Shown: positions 24,177 through 32,206 of the stretch, piece by piece
Position numbering within the stretch: the first letter of the stretch is position 1
Layout of the letters: every line of letters starts with the position of its first letter
Source of the DNA: a virus
DNA: 40,635 bases
Direction: 5' to 3' (one strand)
IMG/VR virus record: IMGVR_UViG_3300037511_000368
Span: 1 to 40,635 of that record
Made by a program: the position numbers and the translations under genes
Notes under the pieces: generated by a model
The model's database searches: none
Told to the model about the DNA's origin: nothing
The model's input: the letters and a program-made list of their open reading frames with translations, nothing else

Positions 24177-26009
24177 ATGCCAAACCAACCCAACACTCCA
24201 GAGTATAATGCTTATTGGAGTGGCGGTCAGAATCCAAATGCTCCGCTTGTCCTTTACTACCCAGACACAGTTCCTTCCACAAATGCTGCTGTCCGTGGGG
24301 GATTGATTGACATCGATACAGTCAACGAGACTGCTTATATATCTATAAAGCCTGGAGTTTGGGCTTACATTGGAGGAGCCGGGACCCTTCCAGAAATCAA
24401 GACTCTTACTGGAGATTCTGGCGGTGCTGTTGGCCCCGATGACGATGGAAACTTAAATATTCTTGGAACTGCTGGGCAGATCACGGTTACTGGAACTCCC
24501 GGAAGTAACACCTTGACATTAGCTTTAGCTGGAGGAGGGGGCGCTGTTGACTCCTTCACTCCAGACACTGGGACAAGTCCTGTAGTCCCTACTGCCGGTG
24601 GCTTAGTTAACGTTAAAGGGCAGTCTGTAGCAAGTGTAAGCGGTATTCGTGTAACAGGTGCTACGAACGAGCTCGATATTGCTATGTTTTCTCCTTTTGT
24701 AGGAGATTTTAGCTTCACAAAGTCTTCAGCAGGTTCCAGTGTAACTCTCTCAGCTCAGCACACCGGAGCTAACACAGCGCTAATAAGTTCTACTGCCAAT
24801 TCATCGGGTAACGGTGCTGGGTTCTTCTCTTCAGGTCAGTATGATTCCACTAAGTTCTGGAACTTCGGGATGACTCCTACAAACGCGGGTACGAATCCTG
24901 GCGGATACAACATCTCGTACAACTCGTCTGGTCAAAGTGATCCTTCGGCAGGAACTCCTACTTTAAGAATAGACAACACTGGCGGAGTGACAATTCCAGC
25001 CGGAAATCTTGATGTCGTAAGAAGTAACAACGCAGTGGCAGTTACTGTTCAAGCTGGAAATACATCTAACACAGCCGGTTCTGGCGCAAATTTTGTTTCA
25101 GCAGTTACAGGAACTAGCGGTGGGGATGCTTATAGCCAATGGACTATAACCAATGCTCCTAGTAGCTATTGCATGGGAATAGATAATAGCGATAGCGATA
25201 AGCTAAAGATGACTTATACAGCAGCAACATCGGTAAATCCATCCACCGGAACAAGTCTTTTGGAGATCACTCCCTCTTCAGAAGCTAAATTCGTGGTTGA
25301 CGCTCTGTCCAACAAACCAAACGTAGCGGCAAGCTACGCACAGATAGCAGTCCAGAACCAAGGTTTGGGGGCAAGCGCTTCTTCTAGATTTACATGTTCA
25401 GCCCAGAATGGTGCTGGTGATACTTACATAATTTTTGATCCCTATTTTGGTGGAGTTTCAAATCGATTTGAGATTGGAGAAACTCAAGCCGGTGTGTTTA
25501 AAATAAACGTAACCACCGATACCACCACTCCAAACATGAGTGGAAACACCGTTTTTAGTTCCACTGCTGCAGGAGCAATCACATTTAACAGCGCCTATAC
25601 TTTCCCAACAGCCGATGGATCTGCTGGCCAAACTCTAGTTACCAATGGTGCTGGCCTTCTTACATTCCAAAACGCTGGCTCAACCGGATGGACTGCTATT
25701 GGGGCAAGCCAAACACTGGCAGTAAACGAAGGGTATCTTTGTACAACTGGTGGAGCTCTTAGTTTAGCACTGCCTGCTGTCTCAGCGGTAGGCGATGAGA
25801 TCGAAGTTGCGTTGAACGGATCTACTTCCTGGACAATTACGCAACCAAACGGTGGCAGTCGAATAAGAATAGGAACTTCTCAAACTACTTTAGGGGTTGG
25901 AGGAAGTTTGGCTTCTACTGGACAAGGGGATTCTATTCGCCTGGTTTGCGTAACCGCAAGCGCGACGTGGATGGCGGTTTCTACTCTCGGGAATATTACG
26001 GTGGTATAA
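24177..26009 (+). CDS. Tail fibre protein C (610 aa), same N-terminal anchor as fibre A
   Basis: Its N-terminus is paralogous to 20599..21726. Its middle modules are shared with 22075 and 26009. Confidence 0.75.
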   Translation: MPNQPNTPEYNAYWSGGQNPNAPLVLYYPDTVPSTNAAVRGGLIDIDTVNETAYISIKPGVWAYIGGAGTLPEIKTLTGDSGGAVGPDDDGNLNILGTAGQITVTGTPGSNTLTLALAGGGGAVDSFTPDTGTSPVVPTAGGLVNVKGQSVASVSGIRVTGATNELDIAMFSPFVGDFSFTKSSAGSSVTLSAQHTGANTALISSTANSSGNGAGFFSSGQYDSTKFWNFGMTPTNAGTNPGGYNISYNSSGQSDPSAGTPTLRIDNTGGVTIPAGNLDVVRSNNAVAVTVQAGNTSNTAGSGANFVSAVTGTSGGDAYSQWTITNAPSSYCMGIDNSDSDKLKMTYTAATSVNPSTGTSLLEITPSSEAKFVVDALSNKPNVAASYAQIAVQNQGLGASASSRFTCSAQNGAGDTYIIFDPYFGGVSNRFEIGETQAGVFKINVTTDTTTPNMSGNTVFSSTAAGAITFNSAYTFPTADGSAGQTLVTNGAGLLTFQNAGSTGWTAIGASQTLAVNEGYLCTTGGALSLALPAVSAVGDEIEVALNGSTSWTITQPNGGSRIRIGTSQTTLGVGGSLASTGQGDSIRLVCVTASATWMAVSTLGNITVV

Positions 26010-27424
26010 TGGGAACAACAAATTCACTAAACAACAAATGTACTGCCGATTTCGATGTAATTCGAAGTGAGAGTGGAAACGGCGTTTCATGCACTTCTCA
26101 AAACACAAGCAATACAGCGGGATCATTTGCTCACTTTACTGCTGGCGTTGCGGGAACAAGTGCAGGCGATGCTTATATTGAATTCTATTGCGGATCTACT
26201 ATAGATTATGCGTTTGGAATTGATACAAGCGACTCTCAAAAGCTAAAGCTCACTACTATTGCCGCAAGCAGTGGAAGCCCATCAATTGGAAACACTCTCC
26301 TTTCTGTGGATGGATCAGCTAATGGAAATTCTGTATTCACTCCGCAAGGAACTGGTCAAGTAGTAGTAGGAACTGGAACTCCGACAGCTGAGGGAGTTGG
26401 AGATCGTATTCCTTTCTCCGTAGCGCAAGCAGTGGTAGCAGGAACTCTAGGAGCAGAGATATTTAATACAGACAACACAAGTGGCAGCTCACGTGCAAAT
26501 TTGAACATCCGAGTAGGAGGTACTAGCGCAGGTGATGCGGTAGCTTCTTGGATTGTGAATAGCGGATCATCTTGGAGTGCTGGGGTTGATAATTCGGCAT
26601 CAGATTCTTGGAAGCTTTCTCAAGGTCTTTCATTAGGAACAAACGATGTCATTTCTGCTACAACAGCGGGCATTGTTACCATTCCCCTGAATGATTTTGT
26701 GGTTTCCAGGAGCAATGTTGGAGCCGCTGTTGCTGCTCAAATTTACAATACAGACAACACCAACGCCGCTTCATCGGCTGCTCTTATCGTTCAAACTGGT
26801 GGTTCCAGCGGTGGCGATGCAGCTGTCATCATGGGATATTCTGCCTCTAATGATTGGGCAATCGGTCAAGACATTAGCGATTCAGAGAAGTTTAAGATTT
26901 CCAGGGGAAATGCTTTAGGAACGAATGATACAGTCAGGATTACAACTGCAGGCGAAGTCACAAAGCCTCTTCAGCCAGCTTTTTCTGCCTATTTAAGTGC
27001 TGCAACATCTAATGATAAAACTGGCGATGGGACTGTTTACACTGTCATCTGTGACACAGAACAATATGACCAGAATAGCGACTACAACAACGCGACTGGA
27101 ATATTTACCGCACCAGTGGCTGGAATCTATCTTTTCTGCTGGACCTGTGAATATGCTAACTTAGGAGCAGGCCATACAAGCTCTAGCCTCTATCTTACAA
27201 CCAGTGGAGATGGCTACCAATCCAATGTGTTCAATATTGGCGCAGTAAGAGATTCCAACAACAACGCAGCCTTCACTATGAGCCAGCTTATTTCATTGGC
27301 AGCTGGAGCTACTGTAACCCCTCAAACAGGCATTGCTGGTGGAACGAAAACGGTCGGAATTGTAGGTGGTTCTGATGGAGCATCAAGAAAGCTCACCTAT
27401 TTTTCTGGCGCATTAATTTGTTGA
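26009..27424 (+). CDS. Tail fibre protein D (471 aa) with a C-terminal C1q/TNF-like globular head
   Basis: TAATG overlap start at 26009 (the ORF track begins at 25946). The C-terminus PAFSAYLS...CDTEQYDQNSDYNNATGIFTAPVAGIYLF...FSGALIC matches the gC1q signature [ND]-x4-[FYWL]-x6-F-x5-G-x-Y-x-F. Confidence 0.7.
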   Translation: MGTTNSLNNKCTADFDVIRSESGNGVSCTSQNTSNTAGSFAHFTAGVAGTSAGDAYIEFYCGSTIDYAFGIDTSDSQKLKLTTIAASSGSPSIGNTLLSVDGSANGNSVFTPQGTGQVVVGTGTPTAEGVGDRIPFSVAQAVVAGTLGAEIFNTDNTSGSSRANLNIRVGGTSAGDAVASWIVNSGSSWSAGVDNSASDSWKLSQGLSLGTNDVISATTAGIVTIPLNDFVVSRSNVGAAVAAQIYNTDNTNAASSAALIVQTGGSSGGDAAVIMGYSASNDWAIGQDISDSEKFKISRGNALGTNDTVRITTAGEVTKPLQPAFSAYLSAATSNDKTGDGTVYTVICDTEQYDQNSDYNNATGIFTAPVAGIYLFCWTCEYANLGAGHTSSSLYLTTSGDGYQSNVFNIGAVRDSNNNAAFTMSQLISLAAGATVTPQTGIAGGTKTVGIVGGSDGASRKLTYFSGALIC

Positions 27425-27432
27425 GGTAAATT

Positions 27433-27495
27433 ATGAAACATATTCTAGCAGCAATCGCTCTAATCATTGGATGCATTCACACAATAGGCATCTAA
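27433..27495 (+). CDS. Hydrophobic micro-ORF (20 aa), MKHILAAIALIIGCIHTIGI
   Basis: Hand translation; the next ORF starts via a TAATG overlap. Confidence 0.3.
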   Translation: MKHILAAIALIIGCIHTIGI

Positions 27496-27608
27496 TGAAC
27501 TGGCTTATGTATATACTCCGAAACTTAAAGGCTCTCATTAAAAGAGAGCTTGAAAGGGTCAAGCCACGCAAAGACTATTCAGAAGAAGAAATGGGGATGA
27601 CAGACTAA
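27495..27608 (+). CDS. Amphipathic/charged micro-ORF (37 aa), MNWLMYILRNLKALIKRELERVKPRKDYSEEEMGMTD
   Basis: Hand translation; TAATG overlaps at both ends. Confidence 0.3.
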   Translation: MNWLMYILRNLKALIKRELERVKPRKDYSEEEMGMTD

Positions 27609-27697
27609 TGCTTTGTACGATCGCTTTTATCATCGGCCTTTCCCTTTCTCTGGTCTCTCTTTGTTATATCTTCTTTCAAGCATCTAAGGATGCCTAA
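27608..27697 (+). CDS. Transmembrane micro-ORF (29 aa), MLCTIAFIIGLSLSLVSLCYIFFQASKDA
   Basis: Hand translation; TAATG overlap start. Confidence 0.35.
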   Translation: MLCTIAFIIGLSLSLVSLCYIFFQASKDA

Positions 27698-27718
27698 AAC
27701 GCATCAAAGGAGTCCGTC

Positions 27719-27787
27719 ATGGAGTCGTTCATCATGGTTATGGCTGTTTCTGGCGTTACTTGTGCTTTAGGTTTTCTTGTTTTTTGA
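27719..27787 (+). CDS. Transmembrane micro-ORF (22 aa), MESFIMVMAVSGVTCALGFLVF
   Basis: AAAGGAG SD 7 nt upstream of the ATG. Its 3-prime end overlaps the convergent gene 27767..28108. Confidence 0.35.
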   Translation: MESFIMVMAVSGVTCALGFLVF

Positions 27788-28108
27788 GTTGCAAAGCTTG
27801 TAACCAGCCCATGTCCATCTTATCTTGAATGGCTCATCTTCCATTTTGCAAGAAGGGAATGCTGTCTGTACCTGGTTTTTTAAAAAATCAAAAATCTCTC
27901 TTTTCTTTTGTTCGTCTTGAAAAACGACAGGTGTATAGACTTTCCCTTGATGTGTTTTCAGGTGAGGAAAGTGAAAGCTGATAGAGTCTTCTTTGATTTT
28001 CACCACCATTCCTTTTATTATCATTCCCATGTCATTAAAATTGATGTCTACAAAGAGAAACTTCTTTTCTCCGAGCAATGGGGTTAGTTTTTCTATCGTC
28101 ATTTTCAT
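27767..28108 (-). CDS. SpoVG-like nucleic-acid-binding protein (113 aa), tentative
   Basis: FLFVDINFNDMGMIIKGMVVKIKEDSISFHFPHLKTHQGKVYTPVVFQDEQKKREIFDFL aligns by eye with SpoVG ([59 protein letters not shown]). Confidence 0.4.
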   Translation of the reverse strand: MKMTIEKLTPLLGEKKFLFVDINFNDMGMIIKGMVVKIKEDSISFHFPHLKTHQGKVYTPVVFQDEQKKREIFDFLKNQVQTAFPSCKMEDEPFKIRWTWAGYKLCNSKNKKT

Positions 28109-28446
28109 TATGTGGTTCCAGGCTTAATCTTTCTTTTCTCCCAAAAGGAGGTGGCGGTTCTCATTACAGCATTTATTCCGGACTCGATTTGACGCCCAAA
28201 TTCCGAGCTATCCTGGCTTAAGGCTACCGGTATAGCAGTTGGGGCTCCTAAAGCGTCTCCAGGGGCTTGAAAGGCCATTACAAGGGCTGTATCTCCAGAG
28301 ACCCTAACAGACATCCCGGGTTTAAGGCTATTTTCTATATTTTTTAAGAACACTTCAGCCGTCTTTAGATTTGTGGCATGGTCTGGATGTGTCCCGCCCT
28401 GCGCTTGTTGAGGACTCTTCCTCCACTCGGCTTTATCCCTGAACAC
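28108..28446 (-). CDS. Hypothetical protein (112 aa) in the replication operon
   Basis: ORF track; start and stop coupled to its neighbours. Confidence 0.55.
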   Translation of the reverse strand: MFRDKAEWRKSPQQAQGGTHPDHATNLKTAEVFLKNIENSLKPGMSVRVSGDTALVMAFQAPGDALGAPTAIPVALSQDSSEFGRQIESGINAVMRTATSFWEKRKIKPGTT

Positions 28447-29353
28447 GGTTACCTCCGAACAGCTTGAAGAATGCCTCCTTGAAGGTTTCCTGATCCATGT
28501 GCAGGGCTAGCTCGCTACCTGATTTTCGGTTGTACACGAATTTCTCATCAAAGAACATGTCTTTAAGCTCTTCTGGGTACTGTCCCTTCATGTATATGGC
28601 ATAGCTTCTGTTTAGGCGAATCTTTTCTTTTTCACTGCCTGCGTCCATCTGCGCTCTCATGGCGTCGTAAGAGGATCTGAGCTTTTCAGGGGATAGGCAT
28701 CCAGCCTTCCAGAAGTTGTGGGTAGAGGCCCATATGATGAGCTCTACCGTTATTTGGGGATCGCGCTTGTCTATCCTCAACAGTCGGTCCATCGAAGCCT
28801 CCCATTTCTTGATGTTTGGCTCTTTGAACTCTGGGTTCCTCTCTTTTATTTTCTTTAAGAAAAAGTCACATAAAAAAACGGCGTCAGCCGATGGGGGAGG
28901 AGCATCCGACCTTTTGTTATGTTGTTCTTTCTTCTCTTCTTCTGAATGTAATGAAGAAGAAGATTGTTCTTTAGTAGGATGCGGGTTTTCAGTATCCTGT
29001 TTTCCCGTATCCGGAAAACCCGGACATGGTAAACAATTTTTGAATTTAGGGAACTCAGAAACCAGATAGTGATACCTTTTCAGGCCTCCTTCTAAAGTCT
29101 CAGTCCTTTGCATATAGCCAGCCTCGATTGCCTCGTCGATCATGGAATACATTCTGTCTTTTCCAATTCCTTGTTCTTTCATGAAGTATGGCATTGATAT
29201 GTGCCAGTTACCGTCGTAAGACAGGCAGTAAATTAGAAAACCTCGGGTCTGTAGCGAGATGGATTTATCTCGAATAAGCTCTCGGCTTATCTGAGCGTAT
29301 GGATTTTGTCGATCGTGCGGGCATCGTGAGAAGCTAGGGGAGGCTTGAGACAT
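28433..29353 (-). CDS. Replication initiation/organiser protein (winged-HTH N-domain plus DnaD-like or conserved phage C-terminal domain), 306 aa
   Basis: N-terminus NPYAQISRELIRDKSISLQTRGFLIYCL...MYSMIDEAIEAGYM. C-terminus NIKKWEASMDRLLRIDKRDPQITVELIIWASTHNFWKAGCLSPEKLRSSYDAM. Both are typical of phage replication organisers. Confidence 0.6.
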   Translation of the reverse strand: MSQASPSFSRCPHDRQNPYAQISRELIRDKSISLQTRGFLIYCLSYDGNWHISMPYFMKEQGIGKDRMYSMIDEAIEAGYMQRTETLEGGLKRYHYLVSEFPKFKNCLPCPGFPDTGKQDTENPHPTKEQSSSSLHSEEEKKEQHNKRSDAPPPSADAVFLCDFFLKKIKERNPEFKEPNIKKWEASMDRLLRIDKRDPQITVELIIWASTHNFWKAGCLSPEKLRSSYDAMRAQMDAGSEKEKIRLNRSYAIYMKGQYPEELKDMFFDEKFVYNRKSGSELALHMDQETFKEAFFKLFGGNRVQG

Positions 29354-29644
29354 CTGATTTGTTCCTTATTGGTTAAGGAACTGGAGGCACCCTCAGATAT
29401 CTTTCTTGATTTTTCCTGTTGCAGAAAATATCATTTAAGATATGATGTCGGTTCTTTCGATGGAACCAACCTGGAGGGCTCATCTCCAGTTCTAATTCTA
29501 CTGACCCCCAGGCATCAACCTGGGGATCAGTTTCTTTTCCCAGACGATAGCCATTAAAGCCATACTTCGCCAGAAAAATTTTGTTTGTATTGCGCAGAAA
29601 AGATTAATTCCCCTAGGATGCTTTGATTCAAAAAGGGGGTCTTT
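29354..29644. promoter_or_regulatory. Divergent, hairpin-rich intergenic region; candidate promoters and possible replication origin
   Basis: Inverted repeats GTTCCTTA/TAAGGAAC, CTGGAG/CTCCAG and CCCCAGG/CCTGGGG. Candidate promoter TTGCGC-18 nt-TAGGAT lies upstream of 29645. Confidence 0.45.
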
Positions 29645-30055
29645 ATGGCTATGGAATGCCTTTTCGACAAAGTTTCAGAACTGACCGATAAATTTAAACG
29701 CTTCTTTCAGCAAAAAAAGAAAGTGGCCGCGATGGAAAACTTCTCGAGCGTGGGAAATGTTCCACAAAAGAGCCGGAATTTTCTAATGCTAATAAAAACT
29801 TGCCTCAATGACGGCTTCTTGGATCAAGAGGACGCCGACTTCTTAGACAGGATGATTAGAAAGCACGAGCTGAACTACCTGGACTGGAGCCATAAAACCA
29901 AGTGGCTGAAAGAAAAGATGAATTCAATGGTGCAAAATCCCCCTCCGATTCCCAAGCCACAGATGTATTTCGATTTCGATAAAAAACCAGCGACACCGAA
30001 CTACCCGATCGAGCTATTCAACAAAAACAACACACAACCTGGAGCGCGAGTTTAA
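29645..30055 (+). CDS. Hypothetical protein (136 aa)
   Basis: ORF track; AGGGGG SD. It is a rightward gene inserted inside the leftward early region. Confidence 0.55.
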   Translation: MAMECLFDKVSELTDKFKRFFQQKKKVAAMENFSSVGNVPQKSRNFLMLIKTCLNDGFLDQEDADFLDRMIRKHELNYLDWSHKTKWLKEKMNSMVQNPPPIPKPQMYFDFDKKPATPNYPIELFNKNNTQPGARV

Positions 30056-30057
30056 CG

Positions 30058-30399
30058 ATGATTTTAGAGGGAATTTTTTGTTTAGGCTTTGGGTGGGTTA
30101 TTACCGAGCTGTACCTGCTCAATAAGAAATTTAAGGAAATGTCCATCACCCTTTCTGGAGTGAAGGTTCTTTCATCAGCTGCCGACTTTAAGCAAGAAAT
30201 AGAGAACCATGTGATGGCGGCAATTAAGCCTATAGGTGCTGTTGTGCAGCCCGAACCTCGTCCTAGGAAGCCTAAAAAAGGATCTCGCCCTCCTAAAACT
30301 GAAGAGCAAAGAAAAGCCGCCTCTGAAAAGGCCAAGGAAAGATGGGCTAGAAAAAGGGCGCAGAAGGCAGCTCCTGCGCCAGAGGTAATAGCCTTATAG
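30058..30399 (+). CDS. N-terminal TM anchor plus highly basic tail protein (113 aa)
   Basis: ORF track. GIFCLGFGWVITELYLL followed by PRPRKPKKGSRPPKTEEQRKAASEKAKERWARKRAQK. Confidence 0.55.
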   Translation: MILEGIFCLGFGWVITELYLLNKKFKEMSITLSGVKVLSSAADFKQEIENHVMAAIKPIGAVVQPEPRPRKPKKGSRPPKTEEQRKAASEKAKERWARKRAQKAAPAPEVIAL

Positions 30400-30400
30400 G

Positions 30401-31174
30401 TCAGGCCACTTGAGTATACTTAATGTATGACTCTTTGAACATTTTAGAGGCTTGAGGGTTGAGGCATTTATCAATGATGTGCTCAGGTGATTCGTTTTTG
30501 ATCTGGGCTCTCACTGCAATCCACTCATCTAACTTAGATGAATCAATGCCATCACAATCTAAGATGTGTTTCAACTTCTCAAGGGGAGACGCGGTTTCTG
30601 GGAGCGGCGCAGCTTTGCTTTCGATTATTTCCACAGTCTCCTCTTCTTTACCTCCAGTAACTACCGTTCCTTTACCAGCTTGACCCATTTCTTCGGGAGT
30701 GTATAGGTTGGCTGTAATGGCTGGGAATGCCTTGCGGATCGCTAAAGCTTCTGCGCACTTGGCAATCATTACATGAGGCATCTTTCTCCAGAACGTTCCA
30801 TCTACCGAATACTCTGCAAAGAAAGCAGTCGCGCTAACATCATGCCAAATACCATCATTGGTTCTTTTCTTCAGGTAGGCTGTTGCTGAGATTAGATTGT
30901 TGTCCTTGTCGTAAGTGTAGGACGTTTCTTTCCCAGGGCAATAGTTCCCTGTACGCTCAGCGATCGCGCGCAGTCCATCGATGCCAGTCTGAATGGTCAT
31001 CTTATCACCGCGCTTAACTGCATAGATTTGTTTAGTGGCGGGACTCAGACCAGTGTATTCACATACGGTTCGAAACAACTCAAATTCATCGTTGTTTAGT
31101 CCCTTGCAAAAGGTCCTCTTGAATAGCTCTTTCTTAGCTATCTCTTCTTGGTTTGTTGTAGTTAGTGCGCTCAT
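30401..31174 (-). CDS. recT: RecT/Bet-family single-strand annealing recombinase (257 aa)
   Basis: FELFRTVCEYTGLSPATKQIYAVKRGDKMTIQTGIDGLRAIAERTGNY...FWRKMPHVMIAKCAEALAIRKAFP...YTPEEM matches the conserved RecT/Bet core. Confidence 0.8.
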   Translation of the reverse strand: MSALTTTNQEEIAKKELFKRTFCKGLNNDEFELFRTVCEYTGLSPATKQIYAVKRGDKMTIQTGIDGLRAIAERTGNYCPGKETSYTYDKDNNLISATAYLKKRTNDGIWHDVSATAFFAEYSVDGTFWRKMPHVMIAKCAEALAIRKAFPAITANLYTPEEMGQAGKGTVVTGGKEEETVEIIESKAAPLPETASPLEKLKHILDCDGIDSSKLDEWIAVRAQIKNESPEHIIDKCLNPQASKMFKESYIKYTQVA

Positions 31175-31779
31175 TACCTGCTCCTTAATGTTGTTTCTTT
31201 TTCATCATAAATTTCTAACCCTTCGATCTCCGCAACTCCCAGTTTGATTGCAGCCTTCACCGCTTCTTCATCCAACTTCATGTACTTAAGGGGGACTTTT
31301 GAAGGGTCAACTATCCGGAATTTGCGGACAGTTCGAGTAACTGTCATTGCTCCATCCCCGCGTAGGTTCTTTTCTATCGGCATAAGATAAGGAACATCTA
31401 CATCAAGAAGGTGCGCAGCAGCCTTCAAGCTTTCTTCTTCGGCTCTCTTCTTTTCTTCTACGAACGCTTGGTACTCTGACGCTTTCTTCTTAGCGAGTGT
31501 GATGATCTCCTTGAGAGGCTCTAAGATCTCTTTAGCCTTATCATTTCTCTTGTTGATGATCTCTTGGTAAGGGGCGTTAAAGTCCTTTCTCTGCGTCTCT
31601 ACTATCTTCTCCCAAGCTTTCGCATCACTATAGATAGAGGTCACTCTCTGGTATGCAAGCTCGGAGGTCATTTCTAGGTTTGCAGCTTCTTTGGCGATGC
31701 TCACCAAGAAGTCTTTTATTCGAGCAGCTTCGGGCATTAAGCCGAACTCATCTTGCTCGGTTTTGATTATCGTCGACAT
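31174..31779 (-). CDS. Gp157-like coiled-coil recombination-module protein (201 aa), tentative
   Basis: Coiled-coil N-terminal part. The C-terminus FRIVDPSKVPLKYMKLDEEAVKAAIKLGVAEIEGLEI resembles the Siphovirus Gp157 family ending, from memory. Adjacent to recT. Confidence 0.4.
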   Translation of the reverse strand: MSTIIKTEQDEFGLMPEAARIKDFLVSIAKEAANLEMTSELAYQRVTSIYSDAKAWEKIVETQRKDFNAPYQEIINKRNDKAKEILEPLKEIITLAKKKASEYQAFVEEKKRAEEESLKAAAHLLDVDVPYLMPIEKNLRGDGAMTVTRTVRKFRIVDPSKVPLKYMKLDEEAVKAAIKLGVAEIEGLEIYDEKETTLRSR

Positions 31780-31945
31780 GATACAAATATCCTTTTATCC
31801 ATTTCATTAAAAACTTGACACTCGTAGTTGTGAGTGGCTACCCATAGAAGATACTCATCGTTTGGTTCTTCAAAGGCGTCTTCTGACTTGTGTGGCCGAG
31901 GTTCATCGGGGTCTATGAGATGATCTAACACGTACTGTCTCTTAT

Positions 31946-32125
31946 TTACTTGACGTTCTTAAACGCGCTGATCAGGTTACGGCATAGAGCCACTTCGAAC
32001 TCGAGCAGCGTGACCTTAAGTTCTCTTTCAAGTAATTTCTTCTCAAGGGAAAATATTTTGGTGACGTAATCGGTGAGCTGGCTTATATTCAAGCTATCCT
32101 CTGATAGGGATACATTAGCTTTCAT
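31946..32125 (-). CDS. Hypothetical small protein (59 aa), MKANVSLSEDSLNISQLTDYVTKIF...
   Basis: Hand translation; one residue below the ORF-track cutoff. It fills the gap in the leftward operon. Confidence 0.4.
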   Translation of the reverse strand: MKANVSLSEDSLNISQLTDYVTKIFSLEKKLLERELKVTLLEFEVALCRNLISAFKNVK

Positions 32126-32206
32126 GAAATTCCTTCTGGTTTGTTAATGTGTACTTTCCCTCACGTTCCTGCGTGGGGGATTTTTATAAACTGTAGCATA
32201 CGATAT

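Noticed and set aside
20599-27424. A diversity-generating retroelement acting on the repeat-rich fibre genes
   Set aside because: No reverse transcriptase ORF is present. The repeated units differ at all four bases, mostly at synonymous positions, not at adenine-specific template/variable-repeat positions.
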